Positions 38,177 to 47,387 of a DNA stretch of 64,000 nt are shown here, piece by piece. The stretch is taken from positions 2,774 through 66,773 of the forward strand of contig CAYRXS010000001.1 of the NCBI GenBank assembly GCA_964428225.1. Reading direction: 5' to 3'. The translations under genes were made by a program, and so were the position numbers. Source of the DNA: an uncultured Planctomycetaceae bacterium. Lineage in GTDB: Bacteria > Planctomycetota > UBA1135 > GCA-002686595. Position 1 is the first letter of the stretch; each line of letters begins with the position of its first letter. The notes beneath the pieces were generated by a model. The model did not search any database. It saw only the letters and a list, made by a program, of their open reading frames with translations, and was not told the origin of the DNA.

Positions 38177-39814
38177 ATGTCGAAAGCGACCCTGCCCCGC
38201 CTGTTCCTGATCGCGTCCCTGCTCGCAGCTCCGACGGCCGCGGCCGAGGACTTCGAGATCACCCAAGACCTGCTCGACGAAATAACGGCGACGGCTCTGC
38301 CCGCGGTCGAGAAGGCAACCGGTACCTCCTTCGAGAACGGGGTGGTCGTCCGGATCGGTACGAAGCAGGAGATCGAGGAGTCTTTCCTCGAGGAGTTTCG
38401 CGTCCAGATGGCGCTGCAGTTCGAGGATCCTCAGGTCGCGGAGACACAGGCCGGGGTTCTCTCGGAGATCATGGCCGGCGCCGTGCTGGCGAAGTACCGC
38501 TTCCGCGATGGGATCGTGCTGGTGTCGCAGGTCGGCTTCGAGAATCTGCCGGGGCTCGTCGGCATGCCCGAGCTGAACTCGGAGGCGGCGCTTCGCGGGG
38601 TTCTCCTCCACGAGCTCGTTCACGCGGCCGACGCGAAACGATTTCGCTTCGTCGAGACCATCGTCTCTCGTCAGAGCACGGATGCGCTCCAGGCGTTCAA
38701 CTGCATCATCGAGGGCCATGCGCAGCTCGTCGCCCGGCGCCTCGCCAACCGACTGGAATGGATGGAAGGCTTCGAGATCTTCACGCGAGCCATCGGCGCG
38801 CGCCCGAGCACGAATGAGCTGGAGGACGGCGGAGCAGCCTTCGAGATGATGTTGCGGCTGCAAGTGGCCACATTCGCCACGTCCTACTACCAGGGGGAGA
38901 CCTTCCTGGCGGCCATCGAGCGCGAGGGAGGAGCGAAGGCGATCGAGCAGGCGTTCCGCGATCCTCCGACGGAAACCGCGGTGATCTTCGAGCCGACCTG
39001 GTTCCTTCACCCGGAGAGCCGACCGAAGGAGGCGTTCGATCTGGAGATCGCTCTCCAGGCGATCGCCGAGGAATATCCCGAGCCGGACCGGGCGAGCCAG
39101 CGGGGCTCCATCACGCCGATCCAGCTCGACGTCGCCCTGCAGCTCCTGCCCGAGGAAACCGTCGGTCGAATCAAGAAATCGCTGGTCCAGAATCATGTGC
39201 TCATGGTCTACGACGCGAGCATGCAAACTCAGGAGCAGGCGATCATCGGGCTCCTGGAGTTCGACTCTCCGGCCGAGGCCCTGCACTACGTCGAGGCGGG
39301 TCGTCGCCTGCAGAAGCTCAAGGACGAGGCGATGAAGGAGGGGCAGATCAAGATCGTCGAGGCCACCTACGAGGACCTCGACGAGGCCCCGGGATTCCTC
39401 GCGTGGAAACGCATCGAAGTCGCCGGCATCGACATCGAGGCGCAGGCGGTCTTCCTGGCGCGCGGGCCGCTGGTGGCGGAGATCGTCTTCTCGGACATGG
39501 GGCTCGAGCCCGAGGAGGCGCGCGCGGTGGCCATCCGGGTGCTCGACGGGGCGCGCAAGATCGTCCCTCCCGAGACGACTCCTGAGCGCGGGACGGAGGG
39601 GGACGACAACGGTGCGGAGGGCTCTGGAGGGGGCCAGGAGGGGCTCCCCGGCCCGACGCCGGTGCGGTCCTGGAGGGGGGGGATAGAATGGCCGAAAGAG
39701 GGGCTCGGGGCGAAACCCCGCCCTTACCAACGGGTTCCACGGGCCACCGCCCTTGCCGCGGCCGGGCGAGACCGAACATGCGCGAAGAACATTCCGATCC
39801 CGGCGTCCGACTGA
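38177..39814 (+). CDS. Secreted hypothetical protein with an HExxH motif (possible zinc metallopeptidase)
   Basis: Signal peptide MSKATLPRLFLIASLLAAPTAAAED. LLHELVHAAD. 3' end overlaps the following ECF sigma gene by 37 nt. Confidence 0.6.
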   Translation: MSKATLPRLFLIASLLAAPTAAAEDFEITQDLLDEITATALPAVEKATGTSFENGVVVRIGTKQEIEESFLEEFRVQMALQFEDPQVAETQAGVLSEIMAGAVLAKYRFRDGIVLVSQVGFENLPGLVGMPELNSEAALRGVLLHELVHAADAKRFRFVETIVSRQSTDALQAFNCIIEGHAQLVARRLANRLEWMEGFEIFTRAIGARPSTNELEDGGAAFEMMLRLQVATFATSYYQGETFLAAIEREGGAKAIEQAFRDPPTETAVIFEPTWFLHPESRPKEAFDLEIALQAIAEEYPEPDRASQRGSITPIQLDVALQLLPEETVGRIKKSLVQNHVLMVYDASMQTQEQAIIGLLEFDSPAEALHYVEAGRRLQKLKDEAMKEGQIKIVEATYEDLDEAPGFLAWKRIEVAGIDIEAQAVFLARGPLVAEIVFSDMGLEPEEARAVAIRVLDGARKIVPPETTPERGTEGDDNGAEGSGGGQEGLPGPTPVRSWRGGIEWPKEGLGAKPRPYQRVPRATALAAAGRDRTCAKNIPIPASD

Positions 39815-40374
39815 TGCTCGCCTACCAGGCGGGAGACGAGGGCGCCTTCGATCAGCTCGTGGAGGGCTACTCCGGCCAGATCTACGCCCTGCTGACCCGC
39901 TTCCTGGGCCCGGCGTCCGACCGCGAGGACCTGGTCCAGGAGATCTTCCTGCGGGTGATCCGGGCCCGGGACCGCTACGTCCCGAACGCGCGGCTCTCCA
40001 CCTGGCTCTATCGCATCACCTTCAACCTCTGCGTGAACGAGCGTCAGCGCGGTCGCGGGCGGAGCACGGTCTCGCTGGACACGGACCGCAAGGACCGCGA
40101 GCGCGGCCCGCAGGAGTGGGCGGACGCCGCGGCCGGAGTTCCGTCGGACGAGCTCGAGCGGGCGGATGTAGTCCAGGCCGTGCGCACGGCGATCGCCGCC
40201 CTTCCGGACAAGCAACGCATGGCACTGATCCTCGCCAAGTACGAGGAGATGCCCTACGTCGAGGTCGCGAAGGCGCTCGACTCGACGGAGAAGGCGATCA
40301 AGTCGATGATCCACCGCGCGCGTGAGAACCTGCGGGCCACCCTCGCGCCCTTCCTGCAGGGGGAGCTGGCATGA
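39778..40374 (+). CDS. ECF (group IV) sigma-70 factor
   Basis: Region 2 DLVQEIFLRV..WLYRITFNLCVN. Region 4 MALILAKYEEMPYVEVAKALDSTEKAIKSMIHRAR. Confidence 0.9.
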   Translation: MREEHSDPGVRLMLAYQAGDEGAFDQLVEGYSGQIYALLTRFLGPASDREDLVQEIFLRVIRARDRYVPNARLSTWLYRITFNLCVNERQRGRGRSTVSLDTDRKDRERGPQEWADAAAGVPSDELERADVVQAVRTAIAALPDKQRMALILAKYEEMPYVEVAKALDSTEKAIKSMIHRARENLRATLAPFLQGELA

Positions 40375-41138
40375 GCTCGATCACCTGCAGGGAATTCCGC
40401 GCGCGACTCGAGCGCGAGCTCCGCGGCCACCCCGAAACCACGGAAGCCTCCCTCCTGGCCTGGCACGAGCACCTCCTGGGATGCGAGGAATGCCGGGCGT
40501 TCCTCGAGGCGGAGGAGGCTCTGGAAATGCTCCTCGCCTCCTTGCCGGAGCCGCGACTTCCCGAACACCTGGCGGTCCGCGTGCTGGCGCGACTCCGGTC
40601 GTACCGAAGCTCTCGCGACGGTGCGGATCTCGACCGGCTGCTCGATCTCGATCGAGCTCCGGCGACTCCCACGAACCTCGGAGCGCGCGTGCTCGCCGGA
40701 CTCTCCGAGGCGAGAGAAGCGCACCGGAAGACGACGTCGCTCGATGCGCTGCTCGACATGGTGCCCGAGCCCGAGGTTCCCGGTCGGCTGGCGGATCGCG
40801 TTCTCGTGGCGCTCGAGCCCGTGCGGCGCCCCGCCGCTCGCTTCCGGCTGCTGGAGCGACGGAGCCTGCGAACCCTCGCCGCGGCGGCGATGATCGTGGT
40901 GCTGGGGATCGTCGCGTGGCGTACGCTCGCCGGATCGGCGGGAGGGCCCGACGAGCCCAATCCGCTCACCGCGATCGACGACGAGCTGATCGCCCACCTC
41001 GACGTGCTGGAACGCTTGCCGCTCCTGGAGGACGAGGACCTGGACCTCATGTTCCTGAGCGTCGATCCGCTCGACGAGACCTTGATCGAGGCCGAGCAGC
41101 TCGGGGCGGCCGAGGAAGAGGGGGCCGAGGAGGGCTAG
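40371..41138 (+). CDS. Anti-sigma factor with a zf-HC2 motif
   Basis: 4-nt overlap with the sigma gene. N-terminal CREF...HEHLLGCEECRAFL (H-x3-C-x2-C). One TM (LRTLAAAAMIVVLGIVAW). Confidence 0.75.
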   Translation: MSSITCREFRARLERELRGHPETTEASLLAWHEHLLGCEECRAFLEAEEALEMLLASLPEPRLPEHLAVRVLARLRSYRSSRDGADLDRLLDLDRAPATPTNLGARVLAGLSEAREAHRKTTSLDALLDMVPEPEVPGRLADRVLVALEPVRRPAARFRLLERRSLRTLAAAAMIVVLGIVAWRTLAGSAGGPDEPNPLTAIDDELIAHLDVLERLPLLEDEDLDLMFLSVDPLDETLIEAEQLGAAEEEGAEEG

Positions 41139-41142
41139 CGGC

Positions 41143-42159
41143 ATGAAGCACCGTATCGAGCCCTCGAGCCTCACGCGACGCGGAGCGGTGTACTCCGTTC
41201 TCATCGCGCTGGCCGCGCTCGTGCTCGCGGCGCTCCCCGCGGGCAACGTGGCCCAGAACCGTCCCTCCGATCTCGAGCAGAAGCGCGAGCGGTGGAAGCA
41301 GATGAGTGAGGAGGAACGCACCCTCCTTCGCGAACGCTTCGAGCAGTGGAAGCGCATGACTCCCGAGCGGCGGAAGGAGCTCTCCGAGCGCGCCCGCAAC
41401 CTCGAGCTCCTCGAGCGAGGGCTCTACCAGACGCCGCCGCCGAAGCTGAAGGAGAAGCTCAAGGGCCGGACTCGCGAGGAATGCCGCGGAGAGATGCACC
41501 GCTACATGCGGGATCACTCCTCGGACCTCGGCCGGCACATGCGCGACAAGATGCCTCCGGAGCTCCTCGAGCGCCTGGAGCAGGCCTCTCCCGAAGAGCG
41601 CTGGAAGATGCTCCACGATCACGTCCGCAACCGTCCCGACGATCCGGAGCGACGCAAGAAGCACTCCCGGTTCCTCGACCGGCTCGCGCAGGAGCTCGAC
41701 CTCTCCGAGGAGGAGAAGGAGCGGATCCTCGCCCTGCCGCACGATCGACAAAGGGAGGCGATGCTCGATCTGCACTACCGGGTGATCCTCGCGCGGGTGG
41801 AGGAGCACGGGCTCCCCGAGGGAATCTCCGCGGAGGACTGGGAGCGCTGGGTGAAGCTACCTCCCCGCGAGCTGATGGTCCGGCTACGGGCCATCCCCGA
41901 CCTGCCCGAGCACATGCGGGGTTTCTTCGGGGGCCGACGCGGACCGGGAGGATTCGACCGGGGGCGGGGCGACGGGCGACGAGGATCGGGCGACGGCCGG
42001 GGAGGGCGAGGTGACGGCCGGGGAGAGCGAGGTGACGACCGCCGCCGCGGCGAACGCTCCGGATCGGACGGCGAAACACCTCCGTCCGACCGGGGAGGAC
42101 CGCCCCGTCGGACGGGAAACGGCTCGGAATCCGGACGGCGCGGCGACGGACGACTCTAG
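41143..42159 (+). CDS. DUF3106-like periplasmic protein with an Arg/Gly/Asp-rich tail
   Basis: Signal/TM segment. Repeated RW..MS.EER / W..M.PERR helices as in DUF3106. C-terminal GRGDGRRGSGDGRGGRGDGRGERGDD low-complexity tail. Confidence 0.6.
   Translation: MKHRIEPSSLTRRGAVYSVLIALAALVLAALPAGNVAQNRPSDLEQKRERWKQMSEEERTLLRERFEQWKRMTPERRKELSERARNLELLERGLYQTPPPKLKEKLKGRTREECRGEMHRYMRDHSSDLGRHMRDKMPPELLERLEQASPEERWKMLHDHVRNRPDDPERRKKHSRFLDRLAQELDLSEEEKERILALPHDRQREAMLDLHYRVILARVEEHGLPEGISAEDWERWVKLPPRELMVRLRAIPDLPEHMRGFFGGRRGPGGFDRGRGDGRRGSGDGRGGRGDGRGERGDDRRRGERSGSDGETPPSDRGGPPRRTGNGSESGRRGDGRL
41992..42033 (+). repeat. 21-bp tandem duplication inside the RG-rich tail
   Basis: GACGGCCGGGGAGGGCGAGGT (41992-42012) followed by GACGGCCGGGGAGAGCGAGGT (42013-42033). 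One mismatch. Confidence 0.9.
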
Positions 42160-42190
42160 AGCCGCCGCGCGGCGCTAGAATTCCGCGCCG

Positions 42191-43366
42191 ATGTCCGACC
42201 CTTCCGACCCCGTCTCCTCGCGCGTCCACATCCCCACCGCGAAGGTGGATCGCGTGCTCCACGTCGCCGACCGCGTGGTGATCGATCTGCGCAGCCCCGC
42301 GGAGTTCGCGGAGGACCACGTGCCCGGCGCCCACAACGTGCCGCTGTTCGACGACGTCGAGCGCGCGGTGGTCGGAACCCTCTATCGACAGAGCTCGCCG
42401 CAGGCCGCCTTCGAGGAGGGGCGCGCGCGGACGGTGGAGCGGATCGGAGGTCTCGTCCGGGAGATCGCGACGATCGCCGCCTGGACGTCGCCCGACGCCG
42501 ACCTCGAGAGGATCGTCGAGCGCATGTGCGCGGGCGGTATCGCGGCCCTCGAGGGCGGGCTCGAGCCGGCGTCGATCGCCGAGCTGCCCGACCGCCCCGT
42601 CGCCCTCTACTGCTGGCGCGGCGGGTTGCGCTCGCGAAGCGTGGTGGCCCTCCTGCGCGAGGTCGGGCTCTCCCGGGCGCTGTGTCTTGACGGGGGATAC
42701 CGAACCTATCGGCGCTTCGTGCGGGAGCGCCTGGAGGAGTGGGAGGCGCCGGCGACCTTCGTCCTGCGCGGGCTCACCGGGGTGGGCAAGACGCTCGTCC
42801 TGCGGGAGCTCGAGCGCCTGCGTCCCGGCTGGACCCTGGACCTCGAGCGCCTCGCGGGACACCGCAGCTCGATCCTCGGCATGGTGGGGCTCGAGCCCTG
42901 CACCCAGAAGACGTTCGACTCCCGTCTCGTCGAGCGTCTCGACCGCGGCTTTCCGGGGCTTTGTGTGATGGAAGGCGAGAGCCGCAAGGTGGGCGACGTC
43001 ATCCTGCCGCCCCGCGTGTGGTCCGCCCTGAGCGGCGGCACGGACCTCGAGCTCGTCGCTACCGAACGGTGTCGCGTCGAGGTGCTCGTCGAGGACTATC
43101 TCGCTCACGAGGAGAACCGGTCGGAGCTCGTCGAGCGGCTGCCGTTCATCGAACGGCGTCTCGGCGAGCGCAAGTGGGCGGGGGTGCTCGTCGGGCTCCT
43201 GGAGAGCAACCGCGAGGACGAGCTCGTGCGGCTGCTGCTCGAGCACTACTACGATCCCCTCTATCGCCACTCCGAAGGCGGGCACGCCTACGCGACGAGC
43301 ATCGACTCCGCGAATCCCGCCCGGGCCGCGGAGGCCATCGCGAGCTGGATCGAGGCGCGCCGCTAG
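42191..43366 (+). CDS. selU: tRNA 2-selenouridine synthase
   Basis: Rhodanese domain (IDLRSPAEFAEDHVPGAHNVPL) with active-site YCWRGGLRS. P-loop GLTGVGKT. About 390 aa. Confidence 0.85.
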   Translation: MSDPSDPVSSRVHIPTAKVDRVLHVADRVVIDLRSPAEFAEDHVPGAHNVPLFDDVERAVVGTLYRQSSPQAAFEEGRARTVERIGGLVREIATIAAWTSPDADLERIVERMCAGGIAALEGGLEPASIAELPDRPVALYCWRGGLRSRSVVALLREVGLSRALCLDGGYRTYRRFVRERLEEWEAPATFVLRGLTGVGKTLVLRELERLRPGWTLDLERLAGHRSSILGMVGLEPCTQKTFDSRLVERLDRGFPGLCVMEGESRKVGDVILPPRVWSALSGGTDLELVATERCRVEVLVEDYLAHEENRSELVERLPFIERRLGERKWAGVLVGLLESNREDELVRLLLEHYYDPLYRHSEGGHAYATSIDSANPARAAEAIASWIEARR

Positions 43367-44244
43367 ACGGGCCACTCTCCGCCGAGGAAGCGCTCCACGG
43401 CGGGAAAGAACCGCTCGGGTCGCTCGATCCACGGCATGTGGCCCGCCTCCTCGAAGACCATCAGCCGCGCGTCGGGCAGGCAGCGAATCCACTCCTCGGA
43501 TCCCTCGAGCGGCACGGGATCCTCCGCGCCGTGAATGCCGAGAGTGGGGACGGCGAGCTCGCCGAAGTCACCGGTCCAGTCGAAGTTCCCCTGCATCTCG
43601 ATCACCCGTCGGCCCTGGTCGTTGACACGGTCGGCGTCGAGATTCGGCTCGACGCAGGGCGAGCTGCGCATGCGCTCGAGGCAGCCCGGGTCCGCGACCC
43701 ACGCGCGAAAGAACAGATCGTGGACCGCCCGGCACCAGGCGAGAGGATTCCGCTCCTTCACCCCCTCGCGGCGCCACCGCTCGAGACGGGCGAGCCGCTC
43801 TCCGTCCACCCGTCCGGCGAAGCGGTTCAGGAACTCCTCGAAGTAGGGACTCGCCTTCGGAGCCGAGGGTCCAACGAGGACCAGCCGGTCCACGCGATCG
43901 GGGTGTTCGAGCGCATAGCGCGCGGCCAGCCCCGCGTGGTAGGACCAGCCGAGGATCGACATCGTCTCCACGGAGAGAGCGTCTCGGAGGGCCTCGAGGT
44001 CGGCGAGGTCCCGCTCCAGACCGAGCCGCGACGGATCCTCGACCGCCGACGAACGACCGCGGCCCCGCAAGTCGTAGGCGACGAGAGAGCGACTCTCCGC
44101 CAGGGCCTCGATGTCCGCGGCCATCCAGCTCGCGGAGGGGGTGAGCAGCGTGGAGGGGCCTCCTCCCCGGACGGAGTAGTGGAGGCGAAGGCCGTCGAAG
44201 GTGGTGACGGTCCCTTCGCCGGCTCTGGGGCTGGGGGCGGACAT
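43363..44244 (-). CDS. Alpha/beta-fold hydrolase
   Basis: Nucleophile elbow ILGWSYHAG (G-x-S-x-G), YDLRGRGRS, C-terminal HMPW. Stop codon shares the CTAG at 43363-43366 with the selU stop. Confidence 0.8.
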   Translation of the reverse strand: MSAPSPRAGEGTVTTFDGLRLHYSVRGGGPSTLLTPSASWMAADIEALAESRSLVAYDLRGRGRSSAVEDPSRLGLERDLADLEALRDALSVETMSILGWSYHAGLAARYALEHPDRVDRLVLVGPSAPKASPYFEEFLNRFAGRVDGERLARLERWRREGVKERNPLAWCRAVHDLFFRAWVADPGCLERMRSSPCVEPNLDADRVNDQGRRVIEMQGNFDWTGDFGELAVPTLGIHGAEDPVPLEGSEEWIRCLPDARLMVFEEAGHMPWIERPERFFPAVERFLGGEWPV

Positions 44245-44395
44245 GCGACGTCGGGGGCGAGCATCCTACCGGCTACGCCCCGCCCCGGGACGACGAGATG
44301 GCTCGCGGGGGAGATCTCGAGCCGGATCGGCTGTTTGGGGGTCGCGTACTCGGGCTTGTGTTCCTTGACGAGGTCGAGCTTCGCGGGAGGGGGCG

Positions 44396-45301
44396 TCATC
44401 GGCTCTTCTCCTTCGTCACGGGGATCCACACCTCGGTGAGGAAGTCTTCGGGCTCGGTGACGTTCGGGTCGTTGAGATAGAGCTCCAGACACGGGCCCGG
44501 CCGGGGCTCGCGGCCCGAGCCCGGGAGCCACCCTCCCATGACCGCCTCGTAGGTGCGGCCCAGCTCCTCGTAGGGCCCCTCGTGGATCGTCACCGCAAAA
44601 GCCCCCTCGGGGGTGTCCTGGACGGCGAGGGGCGGGGTGACCTCGGCTCCCTCCGCGACCGACAGGCAGGCGTCGTACCGCAGCTTCTCCGGCGGGGTGA
44701 TGGCGGGATCGTCGTAGCTCAGCCCGAAGAAGGTGCAGTCCGGGCTCATCAGCCCCTCCGACGCGGCCAGGCCGCAGAGCTCCTCCCAAACCTCGCCCAC
44801 CTCCTCGTACGGGCCGACGTGACGCAGGTAGACGGCCTTGGCCGGTTCGCGGTGCTCGACACGGACTTCCATCGCTTCGGTTCCTTCTCTCAGGGGAGTG
44901 AAGCCTCCCGCGGAGGCCTCGGGGTCGTAGTGGACGTTCGACGGGGTCGGAGCCCGTGCCGCCGAGCGCTTCGTCCTGCGAAACCGCCCCGGAGGATCTC
45001 CGAAGGTGGTTCGGAACGAGCGCGTGAAGGACTCCTGCGTCTCGTACCCCGCATCCAGGGCCACATCGATGACGGGCCTCTCCGTGTGCATAAGCTGATG
45101 GGCGGCCCGCTCGAGCCGGAGCCGGCGAACGTGGGCCATCACCGACTCGCCGACCATCCCGGAGAAGATCCGGTGAAAGTGGAAGGGCGAGAAGCGCGCG
45201 ATCTCCGCCAGGGCTCCCAGGGAGAGCTCCTCGTCGAGATGGCGCTGGATGTGGCCCAGGACGCGCAGGATCCGACGGCGGTAGGTCTCGCGATTCGTCA
45301 T
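44396..45301 (-). CDS. AraC-family transcriptional regulator with a GyrI-like effector domain
   Basis: HTH LGALAEIARFSPFHFHRIFSGMVGES..YETQESFTRSF. C-terminal GyrI/SOUL-like segment (CLELYLNDP). ATG 45301 (MTNRETY). Confidence 0.85.
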   Translation of the reverse strand: MTNRETYRRRILRVLGHIQRHLDEELSLGALAEIARFSPFHFHRIFSGMVGESVMAHVRRLRLERAAHQLMHTERPVIDVALDAGYETQESFTRSFRTTFGDPPGRFRRTKRSAARAPTPSNVHYDPEASAGGFTPLREGTEAMEVRVEHREPAKAVYLRHVGPYEEVGEVWEELCGLAASEGLMSPDCTFFGLSYDDPAITPPEKLRYDACLSVAEGAEVTPPLAVQDTPEGAFAVTIHEGPYEELGRTYEAVMGGWLPGSGREPRPGPCLELYLNDPNVTEPEDFLTEVWIPVTKEKSR

Positions 45302-45505
45302 CGCCTCCAGTTTCCCGCAAGGGAGAGCTTCGCGTCTTGACGGATCTTGCGGAACGGTCTCCGGGATTCGCACGGCCCCCCCTCGCGGTCTTGAGGGATC
45401 CGGGGTGGAGCCCTATGCTCTTTCCCTCGATTGGGCCGGGAATCGGCCCGAGATGCCCCGTCTCACCCCTTCTCTGCCTCCCCGAGGAGGCGGTTTTCGC
45501 ACCCC

Positions 45506-46984
45506 ATGTGTGGCTTCATCGGTGTCTACGGTCCGGAAGGAGTGGATGTGGTGGGGGAGATCTACGAGGGTCTCCTCGCGATCCAGCACCGCGGCCAGGA
45601 CGCGGCGGGCATCACGACGTTCACCGACACGTTCCACGTGAAGAAGGGCGGGGGGCTCGTCCGCGACGTCTTCACGAAGGCGGACGTCGAGCGCCTGAAC
45701 GGCAACCTGGGGCTCGGGCACGTTCGCTACCCGACGATCGGAGTGGGGCGCGTGGAGGACGCCCAGCCGTTCCACCTGAACTTCCCCGTTGGGGTAGCGA
45801 TGGCGCACAACGGGAACGTCACGAACTTCCAGTGCTTGCGAGATCGCCACGGGCGCAACACCGGGACGCGCCTGAACTCCTCCTGCGATCTCGAGGTCCT
45901 GCTGTTCGTGTTCGCCCGCGCCCTCTCGCGGGGCGGGCAACCCGGGGGGCTCCTGGGCGAGCAGGAGGTCTTCCAGGCGGTCGAGCAGGTCTACGAGGAC
46001 GTGCAAGGCGCCTATTCCGTGTGCGCGGTGCTTCCCGACGTCGGGCTGCTCGCGTTTCGCGATCCCTGCGGCATCAAGCCGATCGTCTACGGCCGCAAGC
46101 TGGTACGAGACGAGCTGTGGTATGCGGTCGCCTCGGAGAGCGTCGTCCTCGACGTGGCCGGCTACGAGGACATTCGAGACCTAGGAGCCGGCGAGGCGCT
46201 CTTCATCGACACCGAGCGCAACGTCCATCGCCAGAAGCTCGCCGACAAGCCCCATCGCCCGTGCGTCTTCGAGCTCGTGTACTTCGCCCGGCCGGACTCC
46301 ATGCTCGACGAGATCTCCGTCTACAAGACGAGATCTCGTTTCGGCCAAGCCATGGCCGAGCAGTGGCGTGCGACCGACGCCCCGACACCGGACGTGATCA
46401 TCCCGATCCCCGACTCCTCCCGCGACGCGGCCATGTCCATGGCCGGTGAGCTCGGCCTGCCCTACCGGGAAGGGCTGGTGAAGAATCGCTACATCGGGCG
46501 GACCTTCATCATGCCGGACCAGAGCTCCCGGCAGTCGTCCGTGCGCCGCAAGCTGAACGCGATCCCCCTCGAGTTCGAGGACAAGAATGTCCTGCTCGTG
46601 GACGATTCGATCGTGCGGGGCAACACCGCGCGCCGGATCGTCCGGATGGCGCGCGATGCGGGGGCGAAGCGCGTCTACCTCGCGATCTCCAGCCCGCCGC
46701 TGGTGTCGCCGTGTCCCTACGGGATCGACATGGCCACGAAGACGGAATTCATCGCCGCCGGCCACTCCCCCTCGGACGTGGCCCGGTTGCTCGAGGCCGA
46801 CTACGTCATGTACCTCGATCGCCCGGCGATGAACGATGCCGCGCGGGTGGGGAACCCGGAGATCGAGGACTTCTGCAACGCCTGCTTCACCGGCGAGTAT
46901 CCCACCGGGGACATCTCCCCGGAGGTGCTCGAGTCGATCGGGGGGGAGCGGGACGCGAGCCAGCAGAAGACCTTCGGCTTCTGA
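45506..46984 (+). CDS. purF: Amidophosphoribosyltransferase
   Basis: MCGFIGVYG (N-terminal Cys nucleophile), HRGQDAAG, PRPP loop VLLVDDSIVRGNT, C-terminal CFTGEYP. GAGGAGG 15 nt upstream. Confidence 0.95.
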   Translation: MCGFIGVYGPEGVDVVGEIYEGLLAIQHRGQDAAGITTFTDTFHVKKGGGLVRDVFTKADVERLNGNLGLGHVRYPTIGVGRVEDAQPFHLNFPVGVAMAHNGNVTNFQCLRDRHGRNTGTRLNSSCDLEVLLFVFARALSRGGQPGGLLGEQEVFQAVEQVYEDVQGAYSVCAVLPDVGLLAFRDPCGIKPIVYGRKLVRDELWYAVASESVVLDVAGYEDIRDLGAGEALFIDTERNVHRQKLADKPHRPCVFELVYFARPDSMLDEISVYKTRSRFGQAMAEQWRATDAPTPDVIIPIPDSSRDAAMSMAGELGLPYREGLVKNRYIGRTFIMPDQSSRQSSVRRKLNAIPLEFEDKNVLLVDDSIVRGNTARRIVRMARDAGAKRVYLAISSPPLVSPCPYGIDMATKTEFIAAGHSPSDVARLLEADYVMYLDRPAMNDAARVGNPEIEDFCNACFTGEYPTGDISPEVLESIGGERDASQQKTFGF

Positions 46985-47046
46985 GCCCGGGCGGAGGCTT
47001 CCCGTCCCGGTCGGCCTTCGGGGGCCCGTGGAGCCGGCCCCGGGGG

Positions 47047-47123
47047 TGGTGCGCCCGACAGGATTCGAACCTGTGACCTTCTGCTCCGGAGGCAGACACT
47101 CTATCCAGCTGAGCTACGGGCGC
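47047..47123 (-). tRNA. tRNA-Arg (anticodon CCG), CCA encoded
   Basis: Reverse complement GCGCCCGTAGCTCAGCTGGATAGAGTGTCTGCCTCCGGAGCAGAAGGTCACAGGTTCGAATCCTGTCGGGCGCACCA. 7-bp acceptor stem, anticodon loop CUCCGGA, GGTTCGAATCC T-arm. Closely resembles E. coli tRNA-Arg(CCG) as I recall it. Confidence 0.95.
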
Positions 47124-47290
47124 CTGGAGGGGGGCGGCTAGTGTGCTTCTCGGGCCGGAAGTGTCAAAAACAATCGCCGCCTCGGACGTTCGGATCGGCC
47201 CTGAATGCTCGCTTGCGGGGCAGGCCGGGTCGGACCCCGAGCGAGAGGGGCAATGAGGAGGATCGCCCGGAATCAGGCCGATTTGTGACC

Positions 47291-47320
47291 TTGACGGTTT
47301 CCGGGGGTTCCACTTACGAT
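47291..47320 (+). promoter_or_regulatory. Candidate sigma70-type promoter
   Basis: TTGACG (47291-47296), 18-nt spacer, TACGAT (47315-47320). It covers the first ATG (47319) of the downstream ORF, which favours the ATG 47388 start. Confidence 0.35.
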
Positions 47321-47387
47321 GAGTTCACGCAAAGGGCCCCAGGTTCTGGCTGTCCCCAAGGGTTGGGCTCTGGGTCCACCCCCACCG

